Origin: a virus
Reading direction: 5' to 3' (one strand)
Virus record (IMG/VR): IMGVR_UViG_3300032224_001591
Span: 1 to 64,000 of that record
DNA: 64,000 nt
The position numbers were made by a program, and so were the translations under genes. Under the pieces are notes generated by a model, which was not told the origin of the DNA, made no database searches, and saw nothing but the letters and a program-made list of their open reading frames with translations. This document shows, in pieces, positions 6,853 to 17,430 of the stretch (the stretch's first letter is position 1; each line of letters starts with the position of its first letter).

Positions 6853-8085
6853 ATGGCACAAGTATTTGGACAAGCAGCTGTCAATCAGCAAAATGTTAAT
6901 AATTCTTTTACTGCATTATCTTCTAATACCCAACAAGGACAATTAATCCCTGTTCGTGTAAAAAGTATTATATTAAATGAATCTCATCCTCGTTTTAAAG
7001 AATTAGGGGGATGGAATGCTTTAGGTTTAATTGAATATGATAATGTTATTAATCCAACTCTTTCACCTACCAAATATTCAGTTGCTTATCCTTTTTATCC
7101 TAATTTAAAAAATTATCCTTTAATAAATGAGATAGTTTTTATAGTAAGTTTACCTAACAATACAATAGGAACATCATCATCCTCAACACAGTCATATTAT
7201 ATGGGGGTAACATCTCTTTGGAATCACCCCCATCAAAATGCTTATCCTTCTAACAGTAATGAACCGGCTCCACCCCAACAAAAATCATATATTGAAACAC
7301 AAGCCGGAAGTGTTGTAACACCACAAAATAATCCAACACAAGTTTTTTTAGGTGATACTTTTAAAGAACGCGGTAATATTCATCCACTTTTACCTTTTGA
7401 AGGTGATGTTATACAAGAAGGTAGATGGGGTAATAGTATACGATTTGGTTCAACTGTTAAAAATCAACCTAATAATTGGTCGTCTGTTGGTAATGATGGT
7501 GATCCTATTATTATTTTAAGAAACGGCCAACCTAGTAATGCAAGTAAAGAAGGTTGGATTCCTATTACTGAGGATATTAATAATGATTTAACATCTATCT
7601 ATGCTACATCAACTCAACAAATTCCATTAAATGCATCCTCAACAAGCTATGTTAGTTATAAATCAGATGCACCAGTAATACCTAACAAATACTCAGGTAA
7701 TCAATTAATAGTAAGTTCGGGTCGTTTAGTATTTAATAGTACTATAGATCATATTTTATTAAGTGCTAAAAAAACAGTTAATTTAAATGCTATTACTTCG
7801 GTTAACATTGATGCTCCTAGTACTATAATACAATCAAATAATGTGTATTTAGGGTCTAAAGATGCAACTCAACCTGTTTTATTAGGTAATACAACAATTC
7901 AACTATTGAATCAATTAATAACAAGTTTAAATTCTTTTATGACTATTTGTTCAACAGTTGTAGGTACCGCTCCTGGTGCTCCTTTAGGTCCGCTTAATAT
8001 GGCTGCCTCTCAAATGATGACTACCCTAAATCAGTTACAAGCAAATCTAGAAGGTACTAAATCTAAATACGTTAAAACATCATAA
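6853..8085 (+). CDS. Baseplate hub/spike protein (gp5-like)
   Basis: OB-fold-like YPLINEIVFI, EGD.IQEGRWGNSIRFGS, C-terminal beta-helix and PVLLGN. Confidence 0.65.
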   Translation: MAQVFGQAAVNQQNVNNSFTALSSNTQQGQLIPVRVKSIILNESHPRFKELGGWNALGLIEYDNVINPTLSPTKYSVAYPFYPNLKNYPLINEIVFIVSLPNNTIGTSSSSTQSYYMGVTSLWNHPHQNAYPSNSNEPAPPQQKSYIETQAGSVVTPQNNPTQVFLGDTFKERGNIHPLLPFEGDVIQEGRWGNSIRFGSTVKNQPNNWSSVGNDGDPIIILRNGQPSNASKEGWIPITEDINNDLTSIYATSTQQIPLNASSTSYVSYKSDAPVIPNKYSGNQLIVSSGRLVFNSTIDHILLSAKKTVNLNAITSVNIDAPSTIIQSNNVYLGSKDATQPVLLGNTTIQLLNQLITSLNSFMTICSTVVGTAPGAPLGPLNMAASQMMTTLNQLQANLEGTKSKYVKTS

Positions 8086-9548
8086 TGGCAAATTATACCT
8101 ATGATATTATAAAATCAGGTTTTACTAAACAAATTCGTATATATGAAGACGGATTATTAATATATACTGGAGAACCATCAACTTCGGCTGCTGTATCTAT
8201 ACTTTTAGATGAAGCTAAATTAGCTTTAATTGATAATTTAAAAGCACAAGGAAAGTTACAAAATATAGTAACTATCAATAATTGGAATGTAATTCCACAA
8301 CCGGGATATACTCCACCTGCTCCTCCTACTCCTCCTCCAACTCCTCAAGAAACAGATACACAACGTAAAAAAGAAGAAGCTATAAATAATAGTAATGCTC
8401 AAAAAGTTATACCTGTTGATGCTACAGCAATTAATAATTCTAATACTGATAAACCTAAGGGTACAGCTAAACTAGGAGCTATTATAACAAATTTAGGTAA
8501 AAAGATTATAGTTGGGCTTATACCTATTGCTATTGATTTAGTTAGACAATTTATTACTCAAATAGTAGAAAATGAAATAACTAAAGCTAAAGAAAAAGCA
8601 AATATTGAACAACAAAAAATACAAGATCAAATCAATACTTTAAATACTAAAAGAAAAAATGGTGTTAAAGGATTAGACGCACAAATAGGTACATTAACTG
8701 CTAAAAAAGAAGCAATACCTGTAGCTACAAAAGCTATTGAAGATAATTTACGTGCTCAAGTAACAAATTTTGGGTTATTTTCATTTGCCGAACTTCCTAC
8801 TCAAATTCCTCCAATTCTTAAAACGGTATTTGCTAATGGTTGTCCTAACCCTAATAGTCCTACTATTGTAAAAATTATTACCATTAGAAATGGTTTAGTA
8901 GTATCTTTAAATTCAATAGGAAAACAATTAAATAATATAACTCAAGCTATTACTAGTTTATCTACATTTTTAAGTTTAACTGAAATAGTATTAACATCTT
9001 TAGATACGGTAAAAACTTTATTGTCTGCGGGTTCAAAATTTATACCCTCACCTCCAGGAGTACCAGGAGTTATCACTTCTGGTTTGGCTGATTTAGAAAC
9101 TATCATACGTAAAAAATTATTTACTCCAATCGGTGAAGCAAGATTACCCAAAATAGCAGGTTCAATTGCCGCTGCTGCTATTCCTATATCAATAATAAAC
9201 ATATATATACAACAATTAGTAGGAATATTATCGGCATTAGATATTAAATTAAAACAATGTGTCCCTGATAAAGTTAATGATCTTACTTCACTTTCGGATA
9301 CTATTATTTCAATATCAGCTCAACAAACTCTTGCAAATCAAACAATCAACGAAACAACATATAATGGATTTTTAATTGAAATTGAAACCGTACCTTATAC
9401 TCCAACGGTAAATCGTTATAGAGCTGTAGGTAAAAATCAAAGTGGTATTATTCTTGTATCAACAGAATTATCATTTACTCTTGAACCTCAAATATTAATC
9501 AATGAACTTAAATTAATAATTGATAGAGATAATTTAAAAGCTTATTAA
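8085..9548 (+). CDS. Putative baseplate-associated protein
   Basis: Coupled to the gp5-like gene; Pro-rich linker and long amphipathic helices. Confidence 0.5.
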   Translation: MANYTYDIIKSGFTKQIRIYEDGLLIYTGEPSTSAAVSILLDEAKLALIDNLKAQGKLQNIVTINNWNVIPQPGYTPPAPPTPPPTPQETDTQRKKEEAINNSNAQKVIPVDATAINNSNTDKPKGTAKLGAIITNLGKKIIVGLIPIAIDLVRQFITQIVENEITKAKEKANIEQQKIQDQINTLNTKRKNGVKGLDAQIGTLTAKKEAIPVATKAIEDNLRAQVTNFGLFSFAELPTQIPPILKTVFANGCPNPNSPTIVKIITIRNGLVVSLNSIGKQLNNITQAITSLSTFLSLTEIVLTSLDTVKTLLSAGSKFIPSPPGVPGVITSGLADLETIIRKKLFTPIGEARLPKIAGSIAAAAIPISIINIYIQQLVGILSALDIKLKQCVPDKVNDLTSLSDTIISISAQQTLANQTINETTYNGFLIEIETVPYTPTVNRYRAVGKNQSGIILVSTELSFTLEPQILINELKLIIDRDNLKAY

Positions 9549-9567
9549 TTTTAATATTTATAATACG

Positions 9568-9921
9568 ATGGAAACAACAAAATTTAAAAAACTCATCAAA
9601 GAAGCAGTAAAAGAAGCAATTCAAGAAGAATTGCGTGAAATTTTACTAGAAGCAGTTAAAGCACCAAAAGCAACAGTAATGAATGAATCATATGTACCTC
9701 AAAACACATATGCTCAACCTCATGTATCACAACCAAAACAACTTACAGCATCTGAACGTAAAGCAATGTTCGGTGGTATACTTGAAGAAATGCAAAATGG
9801 TACTCCTGCTTCAACAAATAATGTTCCTTTTAGACCACAAGGACCCGTTGATTCGATCAATGGTAAATTACCTGAAGGTGAATTAGGATTAGATCAAATC
9901 ATGGGATTAATGAATAAATAA
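9568..9921 (+). CDS. Hypothetical protein with KKLIKE-type leader
   Basis: METTKFKKLIKEAVKEAIQEE; upstream ATATTTAT. Confidence 0.7.
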   Translation: METTKFKKLIKEAVKEAIQEELREILLEAVKAPKATVMNESYVPQNTYAQPHVSQPKQLTASERKAMFGGILEEMQNGTPASTNNVPFRPQGPVDSINGKLPEGELGLDQIMGLMNK

Positions 9922-10328
9922 TGGCATACGGCGCTAAAAAAATATTTCCAATAGACACCCAACCCGGAACCGCGGTTGGTATTTCTATCCCTTTTAATGC
10001 ACCTAATGTGTTTTTTCAAACATATACTACAAAAGATGCTGTTCGAAATAATCTTTTAAATTATTTTTTAACAAATAAAACTGAAAGATATTTAAACGTA
10101 AGTTTTGGTGCTAATTTAAGAGCATTTATTTTTGAACAAATAACAAATGGAAATATAGAAGGTTTAAAAGAAGATATTCAATCTCAATTATCTCTTTACT
10201 TTCCTAATGTTATTGTAGCATCATTAGATATTTTACAAAATCCCGACGATAATACAATTACAGTAGTTTTAAAATACAATGTTAAAGATACAGGAATATC
10301 TGATCAATTACAAATATCATTTCAATAA
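9921..10328 (+). CDS. Baseplate wedge/sheath initiator (gp25-like)
   Basis: AVRNNLLNYFLTNKTERY....FGANLRAFIFE. Confidence 0.85.
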   Translation: MAYGAKKIFPIDTQPGTAVGISIPFNAPNVFFQTYTTKDAVRNNLLNYFLTNKTERYLNVSFGANLRAFIFEQITNGNIEGLKEDIQSQLSLYFPNVIVASLDILQNPDDNTITVVLKYNVKDTGISDQLQISFQ

Positions 10329-12193
10329 TGGCAGTTAATAATACTAAAAAAGATATAAAATATATCAATAAGGATTTTACCGAATTAAGAGCAAGTTTAG
10401 TAGACTATGCTAGAACGTATTTTCCTACAACCTATAATGATTTTAGTCCTACCTCACCAGGTATGATGTTTATGGAGATGGCCGCTTATGTTGGTGATGT
10501 TTTATCTTTTTATCTTGATAATCAATTTCAAGAAAACTTTTTACAATATGCTCGTCAAACAAATAATTTATTTGAATTAGCATATATGTTTGGTTATAAA
10601 CCAACTGTAACTCAAGTTGCAACTACAGATATTAGTTTTTACCAACAATTACCATCTAAATTATCCGGATCAACATATATACCTGATTATGATTATGCTT
10701 TATTTTTACCGGCAAATACTACTATTGGTTCTTCATTAACTGGGATTTCACCATTTTTAGTAGCTGATCCTATTGATTTTACAGTATCATCGTCTCAAGA
10801 TCCAACCGAAGTAACAGTATATTCTACTTCTGGAGGTAATCCAACATATTTTTTACTTAAAAAGGATAGAAAAGCAATTTCATCTACTATTAATACTACT
10901 ACTTTTAGTTTTGGTTCACCCGTTCAATTTTCAACAGTTAATATTAATGAAAATCAAATTGTAGGAATTTTAGATATAGTAGATAGTAATGGTAATACAT
11001 GGTATGAAGTAGACTATTTAGGTCAAGAAATGGTTTATAAACCACTTAAAAATACAAATCCAAATGATCCTAATTATTATTATGATCAGGGTAATGCTCC
11101 TTATCTTTTAAAATTAGAAAAAGAACAACGTCGTTTTGCTACACGTTTTATAGGTTCAACAACATTACAAATCCAATTCGGAGCAGGTACAGCAAATGAT
11201 GTAGATGAAAATATCACTCCTAATCCTAATAATGTAGGTATAGGATTACCATTTGAACAAACAAAACTAACAACGGCCTATTCACCTTCAAATTTCTTAT
11301 TTACAAAAACCTATGGTATTGCTCCTTCAAATACAACTTTAACAGTTAGATATTTAACAGGAGGAGGAGTTACAGCTAATGTAGCCGCAAATACTCTTGA
11401 TACAATCAATACCTCAACTACATTCTTAAATTCAAATTTAAATGCTACTACAGCTAATACAATATTTAATTCATTAGCATGTACTAATCTATATGCCGCT
11501 GATGGTGGTGGAGACGGAGACACAGTAGAACAAATTAGACAAAATTCAATGGCTAATTTTGCATCTCAATTACGTAATGTAACACAAGATGATTATTTAG
11601 TTAGAGCTCTTTCAATGCCTGCTAAATATGGTGTTATATCTAAAGCGTATATAGAACCATCTAAACGCGTTAGTATGTCCGCAGGAGAATCTAATTCTGT
11701 GTTGGACTTATATGTTTTAAGCTATAACGCGGACAATACATTAAGAACGGCTTCTCCGGCCTTAAAACAAAATTTAACAACATATTTATCTCAATATAGA
11801 ATGATTGGAGATGCTGTTAATATTAGAGATGGATTTATAATTAATATCGGAGTTAATTTTGAAATAATAGTACTACCAGACTATAATAATAATCAAGTAT
11901 TAATAGATTGTATAACTGCTCTTAAAACATATTTTTCAATAAATAATTGGTCTATAAATCAACCAATTGTATTAAGAGAATTATATATCTTATTAGATAA
12001 AATAACAGGAGTACAAACAGTAAAAACAATTCAAATAACAAATTTAGTTGGAGAAAATATAGGATATAGTCCTTATGCTTATGATATATCAGCAGCAACA
12101 AGTGCAAATGTAATTTATCCATCACTTGATCCTTCTATTTTTGAAGTTAAATATCCAAATCAAGACATTCAAGGAAAAGTAGTATCATTATAA
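10328..12193 (+). CDS. Baseplate wedge subunit (gp6-like)
   Basis: KDFTELRASL..YA..YFP..YNDF, MAAYVGDVLSFYLD, GGGDGDTVEQIR, RNVTQDDY. Confidence 0.88.
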   Translation: MAVNNTKKDIKYINKDFTELRASLVDYARTYFPTTYNDFSPTSPGMMFMEMAAYVGDVLSFYLDNQFQENFLQYARQTNNLFELAYMFGYKPTVTQVATTDISFYQQLPSKLSGSTYIPDYDYALFLPANTTIGSSLTGISPFLVADPIDFTVSSSQDPTEVTVYSTSGGNPTYFLLKKDRKAISSTINTTTFSFGSPVQFSTVNINENQIVGILDIVDSNGNTWYEVDYLGQEMVYKPLKNTNPNDPNYYYDQGNAPYLLKLEKEQRRFATRFIGSTTLQIQFGAGTANDVDENITPNPNNVGIGLPFEQTKLTTAYSPSNFLFTKTYGIAPSNTTLTVRYLTGGGVTANVAANTLDTINTSTTFLNSNLNATTANTIFNSLACTNLYAADGGGDGDTVEQIRQNSMANFASQLRNVTQDDYLVRALSMPAKYGVISKAYIEPSKRVSMSAGESNSVLDLYVLSYNADNTLRTASPALKQNLTTYLSQYRMIGDAVNIRDGFIINIGVNFEIIVLPDYNNNQVLIDCITALKTYFSINNWSINQPIVLRELYILLDKITGVQTVKTIQITNLVGENIGYSPYAYDISAATSANVIYPSLDPSIFEVKYPNQDIQGKVVSL

Positions 12194-12202
12194 TATTAAA
12201 CA

Positions 12203-13375
12203 ATGGCTGTATATAAAATATTTCCCACTAAAGACGCAACAATATATTCTTTATTCCCTAACATGAATACGGGATTAGATGAAATTATTGAAGCAACCGA
12301 AACCCAAATTAGCGCTACTAATAATTCTAACCCAGCAGCTAGTAGATTTCTTATTCAGTTTTCTCCAGATGAAGTAGATAGTGTGTTAGAAAATATAATT
12401 GGAATTAGTAGTTCAGCTCAATTATTAAGTAGTAATTGGAAAGCAGAATTACAATGTTTTGTAGCAACAGCAACAGGATTAGCATTAAATACAACTCTAG
12501 ATTGCTTCCCGGTTTATGGTGATTGGGGAATGGGAACAGGACATTATTTAGATGATCCTAGTGTAACTAATGGAACTAGTTGGATATGGAAAGACTATTC
12601 AGGTTCAGTTAAATGGTTAACTAGTGGTTATCCAACAGGTGTAACCGCTTCTTATAATATAGCATTCGCACCATCCGGTGGTGGAAATTGGTGGACTGGA
12701 TCTACATCTACTTGGTTTAATACTAATACTTATCCTATAACTCAATCTCAAGTATTTAATTATTCTAGTAATAAAGATGTTAACATGAATATTACTAATA
12801 TAGTTAGAGCTTGGTACACAGGTTCAATTTCATGGGATGGTTTGATAATAAAACAATCTTCAGGATCAGAATTTGTAAATAATATTAATATTCAACCTGA
12901 GTTGAAATTCTTTTCAATTGATACTCATACAATATATCCTCCTCAACTTCAATTTAGTTGGAGAGATTATTCATATAATCCTGGTACTTTATCAACATTA
13001 AATACTTTACCAGCAACTATAACATTAGCTCAAAATCCTAATTTCTTTTATTCTGAAAGTATTAACAGATTTAGGGTTTATGCTAGACCAGAATACCCAA
13101 CACAAGTATGGAGTACAGTAAATCAAAATACTGTAAATTATGCTTTACCAACTGCATCTTATTATGCTATTAAAGATTTAGATACAAATGAATATGTTAT
13201 TGGGTTTGATACTCAATTTACTCAATTAAGTTGTGATACTACAAGTAGTTATTTTGACATGCATATGAATGGTTTAGAACCTGAAAGATATTATACTATT
13301 TTAATTCAAACAACTATTAATGGTTCAACATTAGTATTTAATGATCAATATTCATTTAAAGTAATAAACGGATAA
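12203..13375 (+). CDS. Virion structural protein (baseplate region)
   Basis: Located in the baseplate operon; beta-rich, PTKDATIY start, S/T-rich. Confidence 0.6.
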   Translation: MAVYKIFPTKDATIYSLFPNMNTGLDEIIEATETQISATNNSNPAASRFLIQFSPDEVDSVLENIIGISSSAQLLSSNWKAELQCFVATATGLALNTTLDCFPVYGDWGMGTGHYLDDPSVTNGTSWIWKDYSGSVKWLTSGYPTGVTASYNIAFAPSGGGNWWTGSTSTWFNTNTYPITQSQVFNYSSNKDVNMNITNIVRAWYTGSISWDGLIIKQSSGSEFVNNINIQPELKFFSIDTHTIYPPQLQFSWRDYSYNPGTLSTLNTLPATITLAQNPNFFYSESINRFRVYARPEYPTQVWSTVNQNTVNYALPTASYYAIKDLDTNEYVIGFDTQFTQLSCDTTSSYFDMHMNGLEPERYYTILIQTTINGSTLVFNDQYSFKVING

Positions 13376-13734
13376 TGGCAGATCAAATAACATTAGTAAA
13401 ACAACAGTACAATAAAGCACAGTACAATAAGGTAATTGATAATAATTTTACTCAATTAACGCAACCTGTTGACTTAACTCAAACCATTGTACCTAATGCT
13501 GATAATATTAGCGTACAACAATTTTTTGATTATTACCAACAATTATTTTATGTTATCCCTAAATTTGGAGATATAAATTCTCATCAGTATCTTATTACGA
13601 CGAGTACAGAATATATAGGTGGTACAACTCAAAATGATGATTTAGTTCAATCATTGTTAGAAGAGGTAACACAATTAAGACAAGAAAATTTAGATTTACA
13701 ACAACAAATAGTAGATATAACAAAGACAATATAA
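13375..13734 (+). CDS. Hypothetical structural protein
   Basis: Translationally coupled; C-terminal coiled coil. Confidence 0.6.
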   Translation: MADQITLVKQQYNKAQYNKVIDNNFTQLTQPVDLTQTIVPNADNISVQQFFDYYQQLFYVIPKFGDINSHQYLITTSTEYIGGTTQNDDLVQSLLEEVTQLRQENLDLQQQIVDITKTI

Positions 13735-13737
13735 CAA

Positions 13738-16700
13738 ATGGCTGAAATAGTTAACATATCACAATTAAATCCTCAAACATTTGAGTTACAAGAATATTCT
13801 CAACAGGATACTAGTCTTATTATAGCTACAGATGTATTTGATACTTTTGATCCTACTATTGATCATATTGAATATTTTATTTATGATTTAAATAGAACCC
13901 CACTATATGTTAATGATGATAGCTATCCTGTTTATTCCTTAATTAATAATACTTTAGTTATTGATCCTGAAGAGGATCTAAAACGTCAAGGATTTACTGA
14001 AGGTAATTATAATACATTATATAATTTCTTAAAAAATAGATTAGCATCAAGTTATGAATATCGTTATTATATAAGTCAAATTAGTTCTGATAGAACAGAA
14101 GTTAGATTAGATACCACATCTATTTCAAATGCGGATGTTATATTTTCAACAAATGAATTTATAGATTATAGAGCTAGTAGTAGTGTATTTGTAGATTTTT
14201 ATTTAGATTTTGGTAATAATAATTTAGTTATTGCTAATAATATTTTATTAGACCCTACAGATCCTTTAAATCCAACGGTATTAATTAAATTATATGAACC
14301 TTTACCTCAAAATTTTGATGTTAATTCACAATGTTGGGTAGTAGAAACTATATCTAATCCCGTCGCATATAATATTAATATAATACAAACTTTTGATTTT
14401 TTAGATAATGGTATTCCTTTACAAGGACCTAATTTAAATATATCTCTTAAAGATCAAATTAATAATTCAACACCTTATTATACTTATAATAATTTAACTT
14501 CTAACACATCAACATTAGGAACAGGTAGTTTACAATATCAAATTAATAGTATATTAGCTGAAAGAGGATTAGAAATTAATATTGACTACTCCGACTACTC
14601 AGATTTTGTATTTTTTGGATCTGCTTTAAATCAATTAGAAAATTTTTATTATAAATTATCACTACTCCAAACATATCAATATAGTGCTAGTATTGCCGGT
14701 CCTAGTACTACTAGTACTTATGTATCTTCTAGTAATAATGTTTGGTTAAATAAAATAAATGAAATTATAACAGGTTTTAGTGGATATGAATATTATCTTT
14801 ATTATGAATCAGGAAGTCATGCTTGGCCTAAAACTAATTCAACATATCCTTACATAAATGCTGCTGCTAACTCAGTAGCAGGTTTATCATTTTTAACAAC
14901 ACAATCAGTTTCGGCATCATTGTATGATGAGGAAAATAATAATCAATTAATAAATGCTATACCTTCATACTTAAGAGAAGATCCGAGTAATGATCAATAT
15001 CAACTATTTGTAAATATGGTTGGTCAAAATTTTGATAGTGTTTGGGTTTATATTAAAGATGTTACAAATAAATTCAATGCTGATAATCGTTTAAACTATG
15101 GTGTATCTAAAGATTTAGTAGCCGATATTTTAAGAGATTTAGGTGTTAAAATATATCAAAATAATTTTTCAACAAATGATTTATATTCTGCTCTATTAGG
15201 TATTTCACCTTCAGGCAGTTTATATAATTTACCTTATACAACAGGTTCATTACCAACACCATCAGGATACCAATACGTTAACACGTATATAACGGCGTCT
15301 GCTACTGGTTCCTTGATGCCTACATATGATATCAATGCTGAAACCTATAAACGCATTTACAATAATTTACCTTATCTTCTTAAAAAGAAAGGTACACCTG
15401 AAGGTTTAAGAGCATTGATTACATTATATGGTATTCCTGATACTATTTTACGTATAAATGAGTTTGGGGGTAAAGATAAAAATCAAAATACTTGGGATTA
15501 TTGGCAAGATGAATTTAATTATGCTTTTAGTGTATCTAAAAATGGATCTATAAGAATTCCATTTACAGCATCTTCAGCCCCGTATGGTACTACTTATCCT
15601 AATTCTATTGAATTTAGATTTAAAACAACAGGTTTACCTACAGCTTCTATTTCATATAGTCAATCCTTATGGAAACATACTACAGCTAATTTAGGTGTAG
15701 TATTAGAATATACAGGCTCAGCTTATACAAGTGGATCGTATAGTGGATCTATTATTGATCCTTATTACCAATATGCTAATCTTAAATTTATAAGTGGATC
15801 AGCATCATCCAGTGTTTATTTACCATTTTATAATGGTGGTTGGTGGTCTGTAATGGTTAATAAAGATAATAGTAATATTTATACTTTATATGCTAAAGAT
15901 AAAAATTATGAAGGTGAAGATGGAAATATCATTGGATTCCAAGCATCATCAAGTTTAACAGGATCTAGTTCTTGGGCGGTAAGTGGATCTTTAATATTTG
16001 GTTCGGGTAGTGTTCTTGCTGGTAAAACATATACTGCCTTTAGTGGTTCATATCAAGAAATAAGATATTATAATGTACCTTTAAGTGAAAGTGCATTTGA
16101 TGCTTATGTAATGAATCCTAATTCAATTGAAGGAAATACAATAAGTAGAGCTCAATCCTCTAAAAATAGTTTATTCTTTAGATTATCTTTAGGAGGTGAA
16201 TTATACACAAGTTCACTTTCAATCCACCCCGGTATTACCGGTTCAACTCCTGTTACTCAATCATTCATAAACAATAGTTTATCAGCTACATTTAGTGGAT
16301 CTTATTCATTTGTTTCAAATTATGAAGTATCATATTATGATCAAGTAATAGCAGGTATCCAAAATCCAGTATCTGAAAAAATTCAAAATAAAAATAATGT
16401 ACTACCTTTTACAAGTAGTAACTCAACATATGGTGGGGTACCTAATAATCAAGTATTATCCCCATTTATTTCAGTTCAACAAACGATTCCTGCAAGTAGT
16501 TCATATACAGCAAACGTAGATTATCTTGAAGTAGCTTTTTCTCCTCAAGATGAAATAAATGAAGATATAAATGATTCAATTGGTTATTTTAATATTGGTG
16601 AATTAATAGGTGACCCTAGAGAAGTACCTTCACGTAATACAAGTTATCCATTATTGGATGCTTTAAGAAATGAATATTTTACTAAATATTCGGGTAATTA

Positions 16701-17421
16701 TAATATTTGGGATTATGTAAGACTTATCAAATATTTTGATAATTCATTATTTAAAATGATCCAAGACTGGATACCAGCACATACGGATGCAGCTACAGGT
16801 ATTGTAATTAAACAAACATTATTAGAAAGAAACAGATATCCTCAACCACAAGCAAATATTGTTACCTCACAATCTTATTATGGTAGTGGTAGTAACCCAA
16901 ATATAGCTTGGGATACTCAAATTCCTTTTGAAGATATTACATTAACCGCTTCAATCAGACAAATTCCGGGAATATTAAACGGACAAAAAATATTTACTGC
17001 TTCTACCCAATATGAATCTTTTCCTATTGAACAAGTAACAGGTAGTTCAGGAGGTGTAATGCCTGAATTAAATGGTACTTCATCGGTTAATTTATATGTT
17101 AATATAAATCAAGTTTGGAGTGGTTCAAATTCAAGTCCTTTAGGTCCTATTCCTTTTATTGAATCATATCAATATGAATTTTTTAATGGTGAATTAAGTG
17201 GCTCCGTTATTGTTACAGATAAATTAGGTAATTTAACAGATCCAGATTGTCTACCATATTTACAAGCAAGTAAATCCCCTACCCCCTATAAACCAGTATT
17301 TTATAAATCAGATCAAATGTTAGGATCTAATAATTCAATATCTGTATTTTTAGACGCTAACACATCACCAAACAACGGAGAAATATATATTTATTGGGAC
17401 TCTGGTAGTTTTAACATATAA
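13738..17421 (+). CDS. Large baseplate protein (gp7-like) with LamG-like domain
   Basis: YKRIYNNLPYLLKKKGTPEGLRALITLYG baseplate motif; IEFRFK...WWSVMV...GSYQEIRYYN..LS. Confidence 0.65.
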   Translation: MAEIVNISQLNPQTFELQEYSQQDTSLIIATDVFDTFDPTIDHIEYFIYDLNRTPLYVNDDSYPVYSLINNTLVIDPEEDLKRQGFTEGNYNTLYNFLKNRLASSYEYRYYISQISSDRTEVRLDTTSISNADVIFSTNEFIDYRASSSVFVDFYLDFGNNNLVIANNILLDPTDPLNPTVLIKLYEPLPQNFDVNSQCWVVETISNPVAYNINIIQTFDFLDNGIPLQGPNLNISLKDQINNSTPYYTYNNLTSNTSTLGTGSLQYQINSILAERGLEINIDYSDYSDFVFFGSALNQLENFYYKLSLLQTYQYSASIAGPSTTSTYVSSSNNVWLNKINEIITGFSGYEYYLYYESGSHAWPKTNSTYPYINAAANSVAGLSFLTTQSVSASLYDEENNNQLINAIPSYLREDPSNDQYQLFVNMVGQNFDSVWVYIKDVTNKFNADNRLNYGVSKDLVADILRDLGVKIYQNNFSTNDLYSALLGISPSGSLYNLPYTTGSLPTPSGYQYVNTYITASATGSLMPTYDINAETYKRIYNNLPYLLKKKGTPEGLRALITLYGIPDTILRINEFGGKDKNQNTWDYWQDEFNYAFSVSKNGSIRIPFTASSAPYGTTYPNSIEFRFKTTGLPTASISYSQSLWKHTTANLGVVLEYTGSAYTSGSYSGSIIDPYYQYANLKFISGSASSSVYLPFYNGGWWSVMVNKDNSNIYTLYAKDKNYEGEDGNIIGFQASSSLTGSSSWAVSGSLIFGSGSVLAGKTYTAFSGSYQEIRYYNVPLSESAFDAYVMNPNSIEGNTISRAQSSKNSLFFRLSLGGELYTSSLSIHPGITGSTPVTQSFINNSLSATFSGSYSFVSNYEVSYYDQVIAGIQNPVSEKIQNKNNVLPFTSSNSTYGGVPNNQVLSPFISVQQTIPASSSYTANVDYLEVAFSPQDEINEDINDSIGYFNIGELIGDPREVPSRNTSYPLLDALRNEYFTKYSGNYNIWDYVRLIKYFDNSLFKMIQDWIPAHTDAATGIVIKQTLLERNRYPQPQANIVTSQSYYGSGSNPNIAWDTQIPFEDITLTASIRQIPGILNGQKIFTASTQYESFPIEQVTGSSGGVMPELNGTSSVNLYVNINQVWSGSNSSPLGPIPFIESYQYEFFNGELSGSVIVTDKLGNLTDPDCLPYLQASKSPTPYKPVFYKSDQMLGSNNSISVFLDANTSPNNGEIYIYWDSGSFNI

Positions 17422-17430
17422 AATTAAACA